Position numbers and translations under genes: made by a program. The notes under the pieces are model-generated. The model was not told the DNA's origin. It was given only the letters and a program-made list of their open reading frames with translations, and did not search any database. A stretch of 64,000 nucleotides of DNA from Nageia nagi (Eukaryota > Plantae > Pinophyta), in the NCBI GenBank assembly GCA_050084985.1, contig JBITNC010000001.1, positions 159,774,001-159,838,000 of the forward strand, written 5' to 3'. This document shows positions 27,070 through 41,145 of the stretch, piece by piece; positions within the stretch are counted from its first letter, which is position 1, and each line of letters starts with the position of its first letter.

Positions 27070-27570
27070 GTAGAGAAAAAGGCACTTGTCGATCTTGTAG
27101 TCATGCCCTGGCTCTATTTCAAAGAGTGTCTACTCATGTCACTCTTGTAAATTCCTTACATCACTAGTCATAGCCTCTACCTAACCCCAAGTGCATACAT
27201 TCTGGAGAGGTCTCTACCTCCCATTCTCAGAGCCTAGTTGTTGGTTGGGGAGATGTCTCAAATCCCTCTCCTCTACAAGCTTAGGATATTGATATGTGTG
27301 CGAACACTAGCGATAGTACTTATAATGATGGATGGAATATGGATTCCATTGAAGGTGGTGGGTGGGAGCATATGCAATTTATTGACAACTTTCGCCCACC
27401 ATCCTCTCATGATTGATGTGGAGTTTTATGTTGCTAGACATTAAGCTTTTATGGTTGTATTTATTTTGGTTGATGATTGGGAATTCCAAGATTTTTGATT
27501 GGTAGTTTCTTCTATTCTTTTTTAGTGCATTTCTCACCTTGTGAGGATTTTGTACTTAACTCCTTGTAGT
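27070..27570 (+). mobile_element. 5'-truncated, diverged 3' fragment of the same LINE lineage as 42061-53366
   Basis: Frame 27237-27416 reads VVGWGDV...YNDGWNMDSIEGGGWEHMQFIDNFRPPSSHD*, collinear with the LINE tail at 52878-53096. The downstream GTGCATTTCTCAC...GTACTTAACTCC resembles the LINE 3'UTR GTGCTTTCTCAC...ATGCTTAATTCC. Boundaries approximate. Confidence 0.75.
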
Positions 27571-27779
27571 TAACTTGTGGTTGTAGTTGTCCATGGATGA
27601 AGTAAGACAATATGATTCTCAAAGTCATCAACAATATCATGACCAAATATTAGAAGAGAAAAGAGAAGAACAAAACCAACAATGAATACAACAAGAAAAA
27701 AGAAAGTAACAACAAATGACACATACAAAAATAGAGGATAATAGTAGAAGACATACATATCAACGATGAGTTTAACATG

Positions 27780-30700
27780 TTTGATAATCCCATGAAGAAT
27801 CTTCCTTCATTGAAAGAAATGTTGCAAACATCATTTTAGTGCAACAAACATAAAATGAACCAATAGAAATAGGGAAAGCATCAATGTTAAATCCTTTAAT
27901 ATGAAAAAAAATGTATAACATTATTAAATGAATGGGCACCAAATGGATGGTAATAGAGCATCAATGTCAAATCCTCTAAGAGATGGAAATGTACAACATG
28001 GTGGGATAGATTTGAAGATAATACAAACTATATTTCAAATTCAATTGGAAGACTTGTATCACCATCAATGTGCTATATTTTTTAATAATGTTATCCAAGA
28101 ATTAAGGCATAATTAACTTTTGAAGTACCAACATGTAATAGATGCAGATAAGAAAAAATTCCTCCTCATTGATTTTCTTCCTCAAATAATATGAATCCTA
28201 GGTCATAACCACTTGAATTATCAAACTTGACACACATTGAAGAAATATTAACAGCACGTGTCAATCCAATATTACAAGTTACACATGCTACTAGATGCCA
28301 ATATAAGTACAAAGGGCATACAATCAAATTTCCACAAGAAATGAAACAAATTATGAAGGTACCACCTCATCCTATAAATGAATTACCAGTCATTATTGTT
28401 AGGAGAAGAGATTAGCATGGCACAATTTACAATTTCATATTAAATAAAGAGAGGGTCTATAAAGATCTGAAGTATAAGATAGAACATGATAAGCTTTATA
28501 GGGATGTGAAAATTAATGAAGATGTTTTTAGAGATATCCCAACCAATACTGATACAAATGTCTTTAACATTCTAAAATTTTTTCATATGGAGTTTGATTA
28601 TGATATGAATGAATATGTAGTAATCAATCCAATGATTGATATGGATGAAGGAAATATCATTGACCACACAACATCTATGGCATGAAAACCACCTAATGCA
28701 CCAATGGATATGGAAATTATTCATGCATGGGTAAACAACCCTAACACGGAACAAGGAACACTTATTGATTGACCTAGAATTGGATCATATCCTATAAATG
28801 AGTATATCACAAAAGGGTTACTTGACATAGCATTTCTAATATTATTCCCAAATGGAAATTATGAACGAATGCAACCAAGAAAAAAATCAATATTCATAAA
28901 TTTGCAAAATATTTATTTCGATATAGAGATTATCATTTTTTAAAGCATACAAAATTAAGGTTTTTCATAATGAATATGATAATGATGCATCGTGCCCAAA
29001 ATTATTCAGCAATGTTTGTGAAGAAGAGCCTTCAAGATTTACCCACTACAATCAATGAATTACAAGAACATATGGATAACATTCCTTGATCACATCTAAC
29101 AATTAATTTAATGCATTTTGGCTCTACATTTAGAGGCACAAGATCTTATTGGATGAAGTGTCAGGCTGAATTAATTGATTTATTACATCAAATCATATCT
29201 TCAACTGTTTTATTTACTTTAACTATAGTTGATATGTATTGGCTTGACCTTTATGCATTGATGCTAGGAACACCATAAATATATTAAAGAGAAGCACAAA
29301 AATGGTGATGCTAAAATATTATTGATCATCTACATATTATAGCTAATTACATGCATCTACAATTTATACATTTTTTTACAAGGAGATATTGTAAAAATGA
29401 AATCAGATCAAAGAATTTTGGTGTAGATATGAATGGTAACATATGAGATCTCCACATGTCATGGATTCCTATGGATATAGGGGGCTCCAAATATGGATAA
29501 TTTATATTGTATGAGTGAAGAAAAGGTGAAAAATGCACAAATATATTTTGATAATATTATACATGCATGGAATTCTCGAGGAGATTCACATTAAGAAAAT
29601 ATATAGGTATGCATAAATTATCCATTTCTTTAATTTTATTTTGTAAATACAATATGAAAAATAATTAATGAACATTGTATATATTTTTTAGGTTCTTCAA
29701 AATGTTAATCAACACCCATGTTTGAGGAATATAAGTCAACTTGATAAAGTAAAATCAAATCTTGATTATGAAGAGATTCTCAATTTGTAGAATGCCACAC
29801 TGTATGTAGAGAAGGTGCATGCTTACAAAATAAAAGAGGAAAGATGGTTTGTAGGTAAATACTTATGACTAATTTGATATATTTATTACATTAAATATAT
29901 AATCCATTATGTCAATATAACTTTTTATTTTTATAGGTATAATGCACCATGGCCTTTATCTTTAGATGGATCCAAATTATACGAAGATCTAAAATCAAAA
30001 GTTAAAAGTATAAACCAATAAGAAATGATGAATGAGTCAATACACATAATTGGTACATATTATAGTTATGGAGAACAAATGTATACTTGCAACCTATTCT
30101 ATAAAAGCATGTTGTTAGCAATTATATTTCCAAATATGTTGCTAAGGCTAATAAAATTTTTGAAACCTATCAACAAATGTTGATATGAATTTGAAATTTA
30201 GAAATTGATGATGATTCAGCAACAAGAGCATACAAACATATTCTAATAGAAATAATTATTGAGAGAGATATAGGAGCACAAGAAACATGTTATATGTTAT
30301 TAGAACTTTTTTTGGTTGCAATTAGTAGAGTTTTTGTTTCTCTTAATGTTGTATGGAAAGTTTTAAAGGAGGTATAAATAAGTGATGAAGAATAAACAAA
30401 AAGTAATGATAAATATTTAATTGATGGATATATTCAACAACCATGTACAATTGAAACTATTTCGCTTATTGATGTAACTAGATCATGGTCATATAATCCA
30501 AGGTGAAGAAGTGAGTTCAAATGGAATGCTAGAAAAAATGAACCTATTGTGAGGGTATGGTCTTGATTTAACACCATTCTTGAAAATTAATAAAAAAAAT
30601 TTATCAAATTTTGTTGATTAGTGTTATTACTTTACAAGTCATTTAGAACTATGGAAAGAGATATTAGGGTTGATGATAGCATAATCATAGCAAATTGGGA

Positions 30701-31700
30701 GGCATTCAACTACAAGCCTTAGCACATTGAGAGCATGAATAATATTGAGAATACAAAAGAAGAACATCACAATGATTTAGAATATGATGATTAATGAATG
30801 GTTCAACATAACATAATAGAGAATGAGTGGGAAATTATAACCCAATTATATTATGGAAATCACTTTGTAGGAATAGAAGTAGTTATGCTTCGTATAAGGG
30901 ATGTTGAATGACAAGCATAATCGAATAATGAATACAAATCATAAGAAGACACAAATAAAGCAATAAATTGAATAAGCAAAATTAAATAAAATGGCATTTT
31001 TATTGATGATGATGCCACAAATCATAAGAATACACAAATAGAGAAATAAATTGAATAATCAAAATGAAACAAAATGGCATTTTTATTGATGATGATGCCA
31101 CTTCAAATTACTTATATAAGAGCCTTAGTAGGAAACAAAAATAAGCATATGATATAATAATGACACATTATAATCAAGGTCAAAATGTAGATCCTCCACA
31201 TATGATAAATCAAGGAACAATAGGAATGGAAAAATCCTATCTAATTGGATCGCTTCATCAAGCATTTAAAGACCTACCATCTATAAAATGTTCTCCCCTT
31301 TTTTACTTACATCTACTAGAGTTTTCAAATTCAACATTAGTGCTATTACAATCCATGGAGCACTTTCAATTCCTATTGTAGAATTTGATAAATTACAGGG
31401 AGCAAGATTAAATAATTTTCAAGAAGATATAAAACATATCAAATATATACTCATTGATGAAATGGAATTCATAGGGAAGAAAATGTTGGAACACATATTA
31501 TCGCCTTTATGAAGGGTTTCTAGAAAAATTAAACATATGCTTTGGAGGAAGGTTAATCATTTTAGTAGGTGATTTAGGATAGTTACCACCTATTATGGAT
31601 AGACCACCATATTACACTAACAAACATGCAAAATTATTATGGAAAAAGTTCACAACTATTATAAAATTAGATAGGGTATTTCACTAAGAAGGAGAGAGTG
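27780..31700 (+). mobile_element. Degraded Helitron Rep-helicase (Helitron2/Helentron-type architecture) with two introns
   Basis: DUF6570-like LTHIEEILTARVNPILQV..YKYKGHTIKFPQ (28227). PINEYITKGLLDIAF..LFPNG (about 28790). RGTRSYW..ELIDLL (about 29130). Decayed HUH region CRYEW*HMRSPHV (about 29420). YISKYVAK (about 30123). ERDIGAQETC (about 30260). PIF1 motifs QGTIGMEKS, ILIDEM and FGG..IILVGDL..LPP (31200-31590). Confidence 0.85.
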
Positions 31701-31999
31701 AAGATTAAAAAAGTAGAGAGTTTTAATTTACATTTGATAACTGTTACTTAAAAGTCTCTAAAACCTTTTCATAAAACCCATTATTATGCATCTCCTAGTA
31801 TCATTGTATTCCATGAGATTGTTCAAGGGAAAATAATTTTTTTTGGATACAGGGCAAGAATTTTTGTAAGATAACTCTTTGGTTTCTTTTTAAGGACAAT
31901 CTTAATCTGCCTCCTAAAGCATTATGGAAGAAGCTTAAAATCATCGTATAAAAATTATCACTAAATCCCAAAATTACGATTGTTTTAAAACTACCCTAG

Positions 32000-33260
32000 C
32001 AAAATTGTTATAAATTAACTACTTATAAAGCCCTTTTTGGTATAGTGTATATTGTTTCTCAAGTATATCCTCTTAGCCATTTGATGATAAAGCCATATAT
32101 TTTAGGAAGAGCTACAAAATAGGTAATATTTTTATAAGATTTTTATCTTATCTTTATTTCACAATTGTAAATCAAAGGGTATGTTATTGTAAATTTCATG
32201 GAAAACCACCCTAGGATGATTCTATACCACTAAACAAAGAGTTTCATGATGCAATTGGGGGTTAAGGTAGATCAATTATAGAGCATTGATGCATAGGCCA
32301 TATGTTGATGCATAAAACTTGAAGAAGAATTTTATAAGGCATTTTTAGGATTTAAAGAGGATGATGAATGGATATTATATTTTGGTTGTTCAAAGTGTAA
32401 TAGTGTTATATGGGCAAGATTCGTGCTTGTAAACCCCTATGATGATGTGATCCCCATATCTTATAGGTTAAGTTTTAATCACACTAACAATTTGGCTAAG
32501 CATGAAGCTTTGATTTTAGGATTTAAGGACTCAATACTTTTGAATATGCTTGGAGAATCTCAATTGGTTTTTAACCAAAAGAATGAGGTATACAACACTA
32601 AACATGAAAAGCTATATTCATACAAGTAGATGGTACTAAATTTTCTTATATATTTTCAAGAATATGAGATTCAAAATATTCCAAGAGAAAATAATAGATA
32701 TGTGGATGGTATGAAAAGTGTGTCTTCATTAGCTCTAATTTAGATTGAATATGAAGAAACCATCTTCACCATAAAATTTTTGAGTAAGCCATATGATGAT
32801 TTTATTATTGGATATTTGAACCATGATAAATGTTTTGTTATTACATCCATTCTTGTTTATCAATGATATGAGGATGTATTTGTATATTTTAAAGATGGAG
32901 TTATTCCAAATTATTTTAATGATAAAGAGAGGATAAGGCTAAAAAATATGGATTCCAAAATACACATTCTAGAGAGGGGCATGAATTCATTATCACCACT
33001 ATGAAATATTTCATAAGATGTCTAGAGGATATCCTATTGAAGTCTTCCAAGGATAATAAAATAATAGTGTTTCTTGTTGAGAATATAATACAAAGATTTG
33101 GGGTTCCCTCCAAGCTCTTCATGCACATTGACCCAAATTTAAAACCAAATGTGGTAAAGGAGTTTTGTAAAAAGTTATATATTGAGAGGAAGTTTTCTAC
33201 TCCATGTTATTTCCAAGGAAATGAATAAGCAAATGCTACTAACAAAACCATTGTTATTTT
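32000..33260 (+). pseudogene. Degraded Tat/Ogre-type gypsy pol (extra RNase H plus integrase)
   Basis: EWILYF...VLVNPYDDVIPISYRLSFNHTNNLAKHEALILG is the Tat/Ogre additional RNase H pattern. ENIIQRFGVPSKL...FSTPCYFQGN is integrase. Confidence 0.8.
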
Positions 33261-34679
33261 GTTTGTTTACATTTTTTGGTGAACCTCTAGTTCTTAATTT
33301 TGTTAATAAATTTTTGGTGAACCTAAAGCTACCATAATAGATCAAGAATATGATTATCATAATCCTAAAATGTTAGGATTGGTAAACATGTGGATTTTTG
33401 TAAATTAGATGCAAATTTGCTTGAAAAAACCTATCATGATGATACTAAAGATGATGAATTAGAAATTAAATCAAAACATCAAATATAAAAAATGGAAAAT
33501 CATAACAATCAAATGAAAAAAATCAAATCAAATAATTACACATGAACTAATTCAATTAGAGTTACCACTACATGTCTTAAAAAAGAATTAAAGAAGATAA
33601 AAATTAAGATATTTCATTTTGGCATATTCTAATTTTATGCATAATTTTATAATGGAAGGCAATGTACAAAAAGTTATCAATGACATACATCATGCTTGTG
33701 GATTATATTCATATTATGATTTCCATAGAAAACTACATATTGATGATATTACTCTTACACTTAGGTCCATACAAAATTAGTATCTGTTTGACTCTCCTAA
33801 AGACCTTGTAGTTGTTCTAACTGCATAGTAGGTATTCCTAGTATCTCAAAAATCCAACTAAACTTTTAAACAGATAAAAATCCTTACAAACAAGGTTAAC
33901 ATTGCTATTATTTCTAATACCAAATTAGTAGAGATTCCTCACATGCCTCTATCATATAATCCTCAACATATTATTACAAAAAAAATAATTGGGTAGTTCA
34001 AACATTCTGAGTACCCTTTGATTCATGTCCTTCACCACCTAAAAATTTGTCAAATTATTGAAACCAAAATCAATATAATATAATAAGGTATATTAGCAAT
34101 GTGATTATAGAGGATGATGAGGTGAAGTAGGAAGATGATGTTATGAACATGTCCTAATGGATGATAAAGATTAAAATATGACAATACACTAGGGGGTGCC
34201 TCAAGAAGTTGAGGATTATCACAACCATAATTCAATAGTAAGGTTGACCAAATATGCGATGTTACATAAACTAACTAGTTTTTAAGGGATTAAAGTGCCA
34301 AGTAATAAATAATGCTAAAAAAATTAAAAAAAAAAGCTTCATAGAAAAATAGAATTAGTTGAATAAATTTGTATGTTAGGTTGAAAATTGATGAACAAAC
34401 AATAAATGAATTAGATGAAAAAGTGAAAGAAATAAAAAGACTAGAAGCTAGAAAATAATACAAGGATCAACCTTATGAACAAAATTAGAATCAACAAAAC
34501 ATCCAAAATCAAAATTCAAAAACATACTAAGTTCCAACAAACATAGAAAGATCAACACTCTTTAGCAGATGCCTTAGAAAAGAAAAGAAAATAATCATGA
34601 CAACAATTGAAAGAGTAGAAAAGAAACTAATGACTTAATAAGATGAGTTAGATATAGACATTATTTAACCATTATGTGA

Positions 34680-35470
34680 ATGACTAAATGCCATAAAATT
34701 GACAAGAAATAGAAATTTAAAATTTATAAAATTTGATAGAAATCAAGATCTTAAAATTCTTGTTAAAAATTTTTAAGAAAAAGGAAACAAAATTCAAAAT
34801 GGATTCATATATGTTAACTAAGTTATTTTTATCAAGTTTAAAATATGATGCATTAAAGTGGTACTATAGTATCTCACAAAAAGTATAAATACTTATAAGA
34901 TGCTTATTAATAAGTTCTTTGATCAATATAGACACAATATCAAACAAAAAAAAATATTCAAAATGATTATTGATCTTGACAACCTAAGAGATGCATTTAT
35001 TTAGTCTATTTTTTTCTTTTTATCACAATATAGGATTGAAGTAGCTAGATCATAAGGTGAACCATTAACTAATACATGCCCAAATTAATAAAAAAGGAAA
35101 GCTATTTGATTTGAGTTGTCACCTAAAATACAAAGTAATAACAAAATAAAAAAATAGATAAAGAACTAATAATTAAAAAAAAGAATAATAAATTAAGCTG
35201 AAAAAAAACCCAAAACAACTCAAACTACTTTTGTTAAAAGACCAAGAAGAAAATACATGAAGTTTTTAGAAAGTATAGATTCAATTTTAAATAGTTTGGT
35301 TTATAAAAACACCATTGAAATTCCATATATTACAAAACACTCATTTTTGAATGGTGTGCCAAAAGGAGATTAGTCTGATGATTTTTTGCAATTATCACAT
35401 AAATACTAATCACACCACAACTAATTATCATAAATTAAACTATATTATCCAAGATTTGATGTATTAGAAA
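34680..35470 (+). pseudogene. Highly degraded gypsy gag
   Basis: KFIKFDRNQD...MLTKLFLSSLKYDALKWYYSI...INKFFDQYRHNI (Retrotrans_gag-like). Decayed C-x-Y-H-x4-H knuckle at about 35385-35460. Confidence 0.6.
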
Positions 35471-36279
35471 CATATTTTATTTAAAGATAAGGGAAAAAGT
35501 AAAACAATTAATAATATTGACTAAACAAGGAACCAATACATCCACATAGCAAAAAATTGGGAATTTTTATGAATTCACTTTTGGAAATAGCTTATGAATT
35601 AGTGAATGCTTCTTAGAAAGTCATTGGATATATTCATTTATTAGGAAATAATAGAGTTTAAGATCAAGCACATATTAGACTAGAGTTAGTTCAACATTTA
35701 AGGAGATATAGAGGTTGGATCAACCAATCTTACCAGTATGCACATTACCTTCACAAGAGAGTGACATCCCATGCCCATCAAAGATAATCCCATGAACATC
35801 ATGTCCTTTGTCCTTGTTTGTGTTGAAGAAATATGTTTGTGTGTGTATGTGTGTTCTATGTATTTTTTATTTATCTAATTTCAATATTTTTTTTGTTGGA
35901 GTTTTGTCCCTTGATACAGGGCACCATGAACTCTTAAGCTTAGAGCCATGATTGAGGGGAATCCACATCATCAAAATCCACTTGGGGCACGATATCGACC
36001 TCATCTGCACCTATGATCAACTTGATAGGATTTTAGGTATGTTTCAACTTTTAAGGGCAGAGAGTTTTGAACTTGGGCCTATTGTATTCGAGAGCTTTGA
36101 ACTACCCATCTCTCAACTCCCCTATCTGTCAATTCATAACTTTGATATTTTATTATACATATTTAATTTTGAGTTCCTTATGTATGCTTTTGTATTACTT
36201 ATAACATAAAATAAATAACTACAAATGCTACATCAAACATAGAGATACATTAGAAAGTAAAACATAAAACTCAATATAT

Positions 36280-36640
36280 GACTAAGAAGCTCTAGTTTTA
36301 ATCCTCTCATTGAAAACATTGAAGGATTTCCATTCTACATTAACCTTTACGCTCTTCATCTTGAGATTTGGAGAGAAAAAGCCTTCATAAATATTAGAAA
36401 TGTAATTGGCTTATATCAACATATGGATGAATAAACCAAAGAAAATCTATTTGAGAATGAAACTATGAGCAAGGCTAGGTTGGTGGTTTTGATAAATACA
36501 TCTAATTTGTGGCCTTAGTCCATCATGATATCAAAAAAATGGAGAGAATGGGTGTAGAATATCAAATATGAATTTTTTCTCTCTTTGTTGTTTTAATTAT
36601 CAACATTATGACCACATGAAGGTCAGATGCTCACGTAATC
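36280..36640 (+). pseudogene. LINE ORF1 fragment (DUF4283 C-terminal / zf-CCHC_4-like)
   Basis: PFYINLYALHLEIWREKAFINIRNVIG...ARLVVLINTS...NIKYE...CFNYQHYDH resembles plant L1 ORF1. Confidence 0.6.
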
Positions 36641-38199
36641 AATCTCAGTCAAAGATAGTTGGGAAGGCTAAAGATGCAAAAATGTAGGTGATAATCATTT
36701 CCCAAGCATGAAAAAATTAACAAAAGACTCCACAACAAAGTACTATTAGAAACACTAAGTCAAATAATTATAATTATAAAAACCACTAAAAGATAACTGA
36801 AGATCCAACCATATATGAAGGAAAACCAATCTCCTTAGTAGATTCCTTAAATGGTAAGTATGTTATAACCAATAATAATCATATTTAAAAAGTAATTACT
36901 CCTATTAGACCAAAAAAGAGTGCAAACTAAGTGAATGATAAAGGTTTATCTCAACCATATGGGAAGAATGACTTAGTCGTTAAGAATAACTCACCAAAAC
37001 CCTTCACTAAAAACCTTGAAAAATTCATTGATGATGATTACAAATCTATAAATTATGGCTTTCAAAATGATAAAAATAATTCTATAGAACAAGCTACCAC
37101 CAAATACTACCTCATAAATCTAAAATGCAAAAAACACATTCTCAAACTTAACCAAGCTGAGAGGGGATAATCTAATACTACTAAAGAACAATAATTTGAA
37201 GAGTAAATAGTTATCTTTTTGGCTACATAATTACAATAAATTCTCAGAATATATTTCATTCTTGAAAAGTTGGATTGTGGGCTACCAAATATTTCTTTCA
37301 TTGGCATTAGATGGCTACATAAGAATTGTGCTAGCATTTTGTACATGTAATACAATTTGGACTAAGAATGTAAAATCAAAGGAAATTTTGTAAATGTAAA
37401 TTTTGGGTACATATAACAAAAACCACTTAACCATTTATTATTATCGAAAAATAAAACATAAAACTCAATATTTTAACGAAACTACATACATATACATGAC
37501 AGTTCATCATAGATACATGAAAAAGTTCTTGATGGCTCATAAAACTAGATCGTAGGCCACCCTATTCTTCTCCACCAGAAAACCTACAACTACCTAAGAC
37601 TCTAACCATGTTATGTCTAACATATATGCATAATAATATTCACTTAGCTTAACCATAGGTCTATAAAGACCTGCATGCTCCACCCTATGGTTGATATCTA
37701 CCCTAGGACATAAAGTCCCCCATCTAGTGTTAGTGCTCCTATCTATTGAATCATAAAATCCTTGTAATCATTTGTAGCTGCAAAAAAACCAAAAAAACAT
37801 GCATTAATCATAAACTCAATCAATTTCATGCATGAAATATTATCCCCAATTAAATAGAAACATAACTCATATATCATTATGCCACAAAGTACTCTAGCAT
37901 AGAGATACTACCTTGTACATTATGAGATCTATTAACGCATTTGCATTATGATCACTCTCCATGTTCTTAGATGGGTAGCTTATATCATGATCACTATCCT
38001 AATCATCCTCTTCATTGTTAATTATATTATAGTCTAGATCACTCTTGTCATCTAACTCCATGGATATACCAAGCAATGTAGGATGCACTCGATACTACCA
38101 TTCAAGGTCGTTGTGTATGAATTTGGGTTCATTGACATCATTTCAAATGTGAGGGGTGTAGCTTTGGCTTAGTCCAATATGAACTCTAGCTAGGATATA

Positions 38200-39240
38200 G
38201 AATGACATTAATAAGGGAATATCTTTATTTTATGTAACACATGATTTAATGACATGAATCTAACACATCTTATCCTACACCAAACTCGCGAATATACCTA
38301 TCAAGACAATAAAGCTCAATTAAATCACATTGATTATGTATATAGCATTACCTCTACACCAAAATGAACTACTAAACATCATTTATCCCACTCATATATC
38401 CCTAGGTATGGTCTCCAAACCATATCTTCATCCTTTAATCCATCTAATGTTAATAACTACTTGACATCATGAATAACATGAAGATGGTTATCCTAAATGG
38501 TCCAATGGATATATAATAACTCATCATAGTTCTTGAGAGTTCAAGGTAGATCTTTTGTATGCATACGATAAGATTCTCATCTGCCCACACTTATATTATC
38601 ACACTATGAGAGATAGTACAACCCCCTCATGTATTAGTATCACCAACTCGTAAAGATAATAATAATGTTACACTAAAATAGCAAGTGTCCATGCATATAT
38701 TGCTCTATGGTATATTATATCTATAATTATGTGATAGAAAAGTATCACTATTCTTGTTTGGATACAAGAGCTTATCAATGATAGAAACTACAACTAGTCA
38801 TACCCATCGAAGCCCAAGAGAATACCTAACATGTTCAATATTCAAATAAAATCCCCTATTTTGTACATGGTACTTGTTTGATTCAGTTAGCCAATGAAAT
38901 AGTTCCTCTCCCTCTACAAGGGATGTCACTAGTTTTATGATCACTTGTTTCCTACAAATGGGAACTTGCATGATGCAATATACATCCTCTAGTGTCATAA
39001 TTATTTTATCCATCAAGATGTGGAAAGTGTTCATGTTAGGGTCCCACCTCTTCATTAAAGCAATTAATTTCCCTCAATTCGTATGCACATGACCCACAAG
39101 TAGCAACCAAATAAGAGAAATACCATTTGATAGATGTTGGTTTCATTTTCCATCAACAACTTATGAAATTGCACAAGTGCTAAAATCCATAAGATCCTAG
39201 GTAACATCAAGAATTGTTGATCCTGCATCAATGAAAAGAA
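38200..39240 (-). pseudogene. Plant mobile domain (PMD, aminotransferase-like) relic, probably TE-borne
   Basis: ORF 38798-39055 KRWDPNMNTFHI...MTLEDVYCIMQVPI matches the PMD ERWxxxxxTFH...TLEDV motif. Downstream minus-strand VWADEN (about 38585) and VWRPY (about 38415). Confidence 0.75.
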
Positions 39241-41145
39241 ATACAATCATCAATATAAGTATGTAACAAAAATCCATAATATTTATGCATCTATTCAACT
39301 TGTTAACCTAACATTTTAATGACTTTTGATAGTTTTCTAATCTTTTGGTAAAAATAGAGTTGACCATGATCTTGTTTCAACTAATAAGGGAAACCACAAC
39401 CTTATTTTTGGCTCTTTTAGGGCCCAAATAGAAAACTTAGGGTTTTCCAAGCAACCCAAAGCCTCTTATGGAGCCAATTATTCAAAGTTTAGCCTAAATT
39501 CATAAATTCATAAAATCTAACATCTATTTTCTCATACTAACTCTAATGCAAGTAAAAAGAAATTAAACTAGACTAAATTGAGGAAAACCAAAAAACATGA
39601 TAATAGAACTTACCAAAAAGCCTTGTGATAGCAATCTTAACTACTCTATGTGATGGTTTGCCCATCTGATAATTGGTCTTTCTATTTCAATCAGGATAGG
39701 TTTTCAAATGTGACAAAAAGTAATAAAAGGTAAACCCATCCCCTTTTTTGTACTTCATTATTGTAACTAATAGAGTTTCAAAATAAAGAAAGGAAAAAAT
39801 AACTAACTTCCAAGTATGACCATGCTACAACTTGTGTCCTATGTTTGATTCCCACTATGAGACATGCATGCTATGTACTAGCCCACTACAATCATCCCAT
39901 AGACCATTGTTGGTTTCCCATGGATGTTAATATACTTTCTTTCTTTCTATGTCTTCTATTTCTCTAGAATAAGTAATTTTATGTATGTTCTAAACTTTTC
40001 TTTCAATTCAATTTTGATTTTGGTTTCTAACAAACAAGGAGTAGTTTTATCATTATCAAGGTTGATTGCAAGCCTTGGAAATCTAGGACAAACATCAATC
40101 ATTCCAAAACAAGATTTTTCAAGTGCCTTTAGAAAGGACTTAATAATTAAATTACAAAATTTAGAACTCATCAAACAAGTGCACAAAGTATCATCTTCCT
40201 TATTTCAATTTGGGATATGCTAGCTCTAAGGTTGTGATATTCAAATTGTTAGATCATGCATGCCCTAGTTTGTTGTTAATTGTCATATAACACACCTTCA
40301 ATGCATGTAATGTTGGTGAAATGAGCGGAAGTTGACAAGCTCTTATTGGTGTTAGTCTTGATCAACACTACTCCAACAAATGCGACAAACAAATTCCATT
40401 CATTTATATCATACAAATAGTATCCATCTAGTTGCATGTCATCAACAATGTTTGACGCCATTGTGCCCTTTGAGACATAAATTACCCATACTCTTCCTTT
40501 GTAACATGGATTTCAATAATGAATATTAAATCCATTATTGAACTATGTGGCTCATATACTTGAAGCTTCTTTGCATTATGAATTATTGATTGCTAGTGAT
40601 GAAAAATTATCTATAAGGATAAATGTCATGGTAATACTATCATTTAAAGCCAATAGATGTCATTGTGAACAAGATTTTAAGTTGATAGGAACATATTTGA
40701 ATTTGAATTTACTTAATTTATATTATATCAAGTTAGAGAATGAAAGAATGACATGTAAACATCATTAGACCATTTGAATAGTTAAATTTTGATAAGACCA
40801 TTACGAACAATATTTGTGAATCAACTCATAATAGTAGAAGAAAAAGCAGTTTCCAATGTAAAAGATTTTATCATACATTTATTTTATGTCATTGGGTGCA
40901 TGGTTTTTAGTAGTTAGCTATGGAACACTTTCAATGTCAATTTGCACCCATTCACACTAGATGCCATATGTAGACTTCAAGCTCAATGAAGGATAACCAT
41001 CATAAATTTTGGTACTATGTTGTTATGTAGCCCTATTCAATTCAATATTTCATTCCCACATGCTTTATGGAATTGTGATTCTTTCTATACATCAATATTA
41101 TCATTGCAGTATCCACTTTGTCTCAGAAAATGATAATTTATTCTA

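Noticed and set aside
39900-41130. Possible decayed gene or transposase on minus (similar cases at 9100-9560, 13000-15100 and 21430-21850)
   Set aside because: Translations gave no motif I could assign with confidence.
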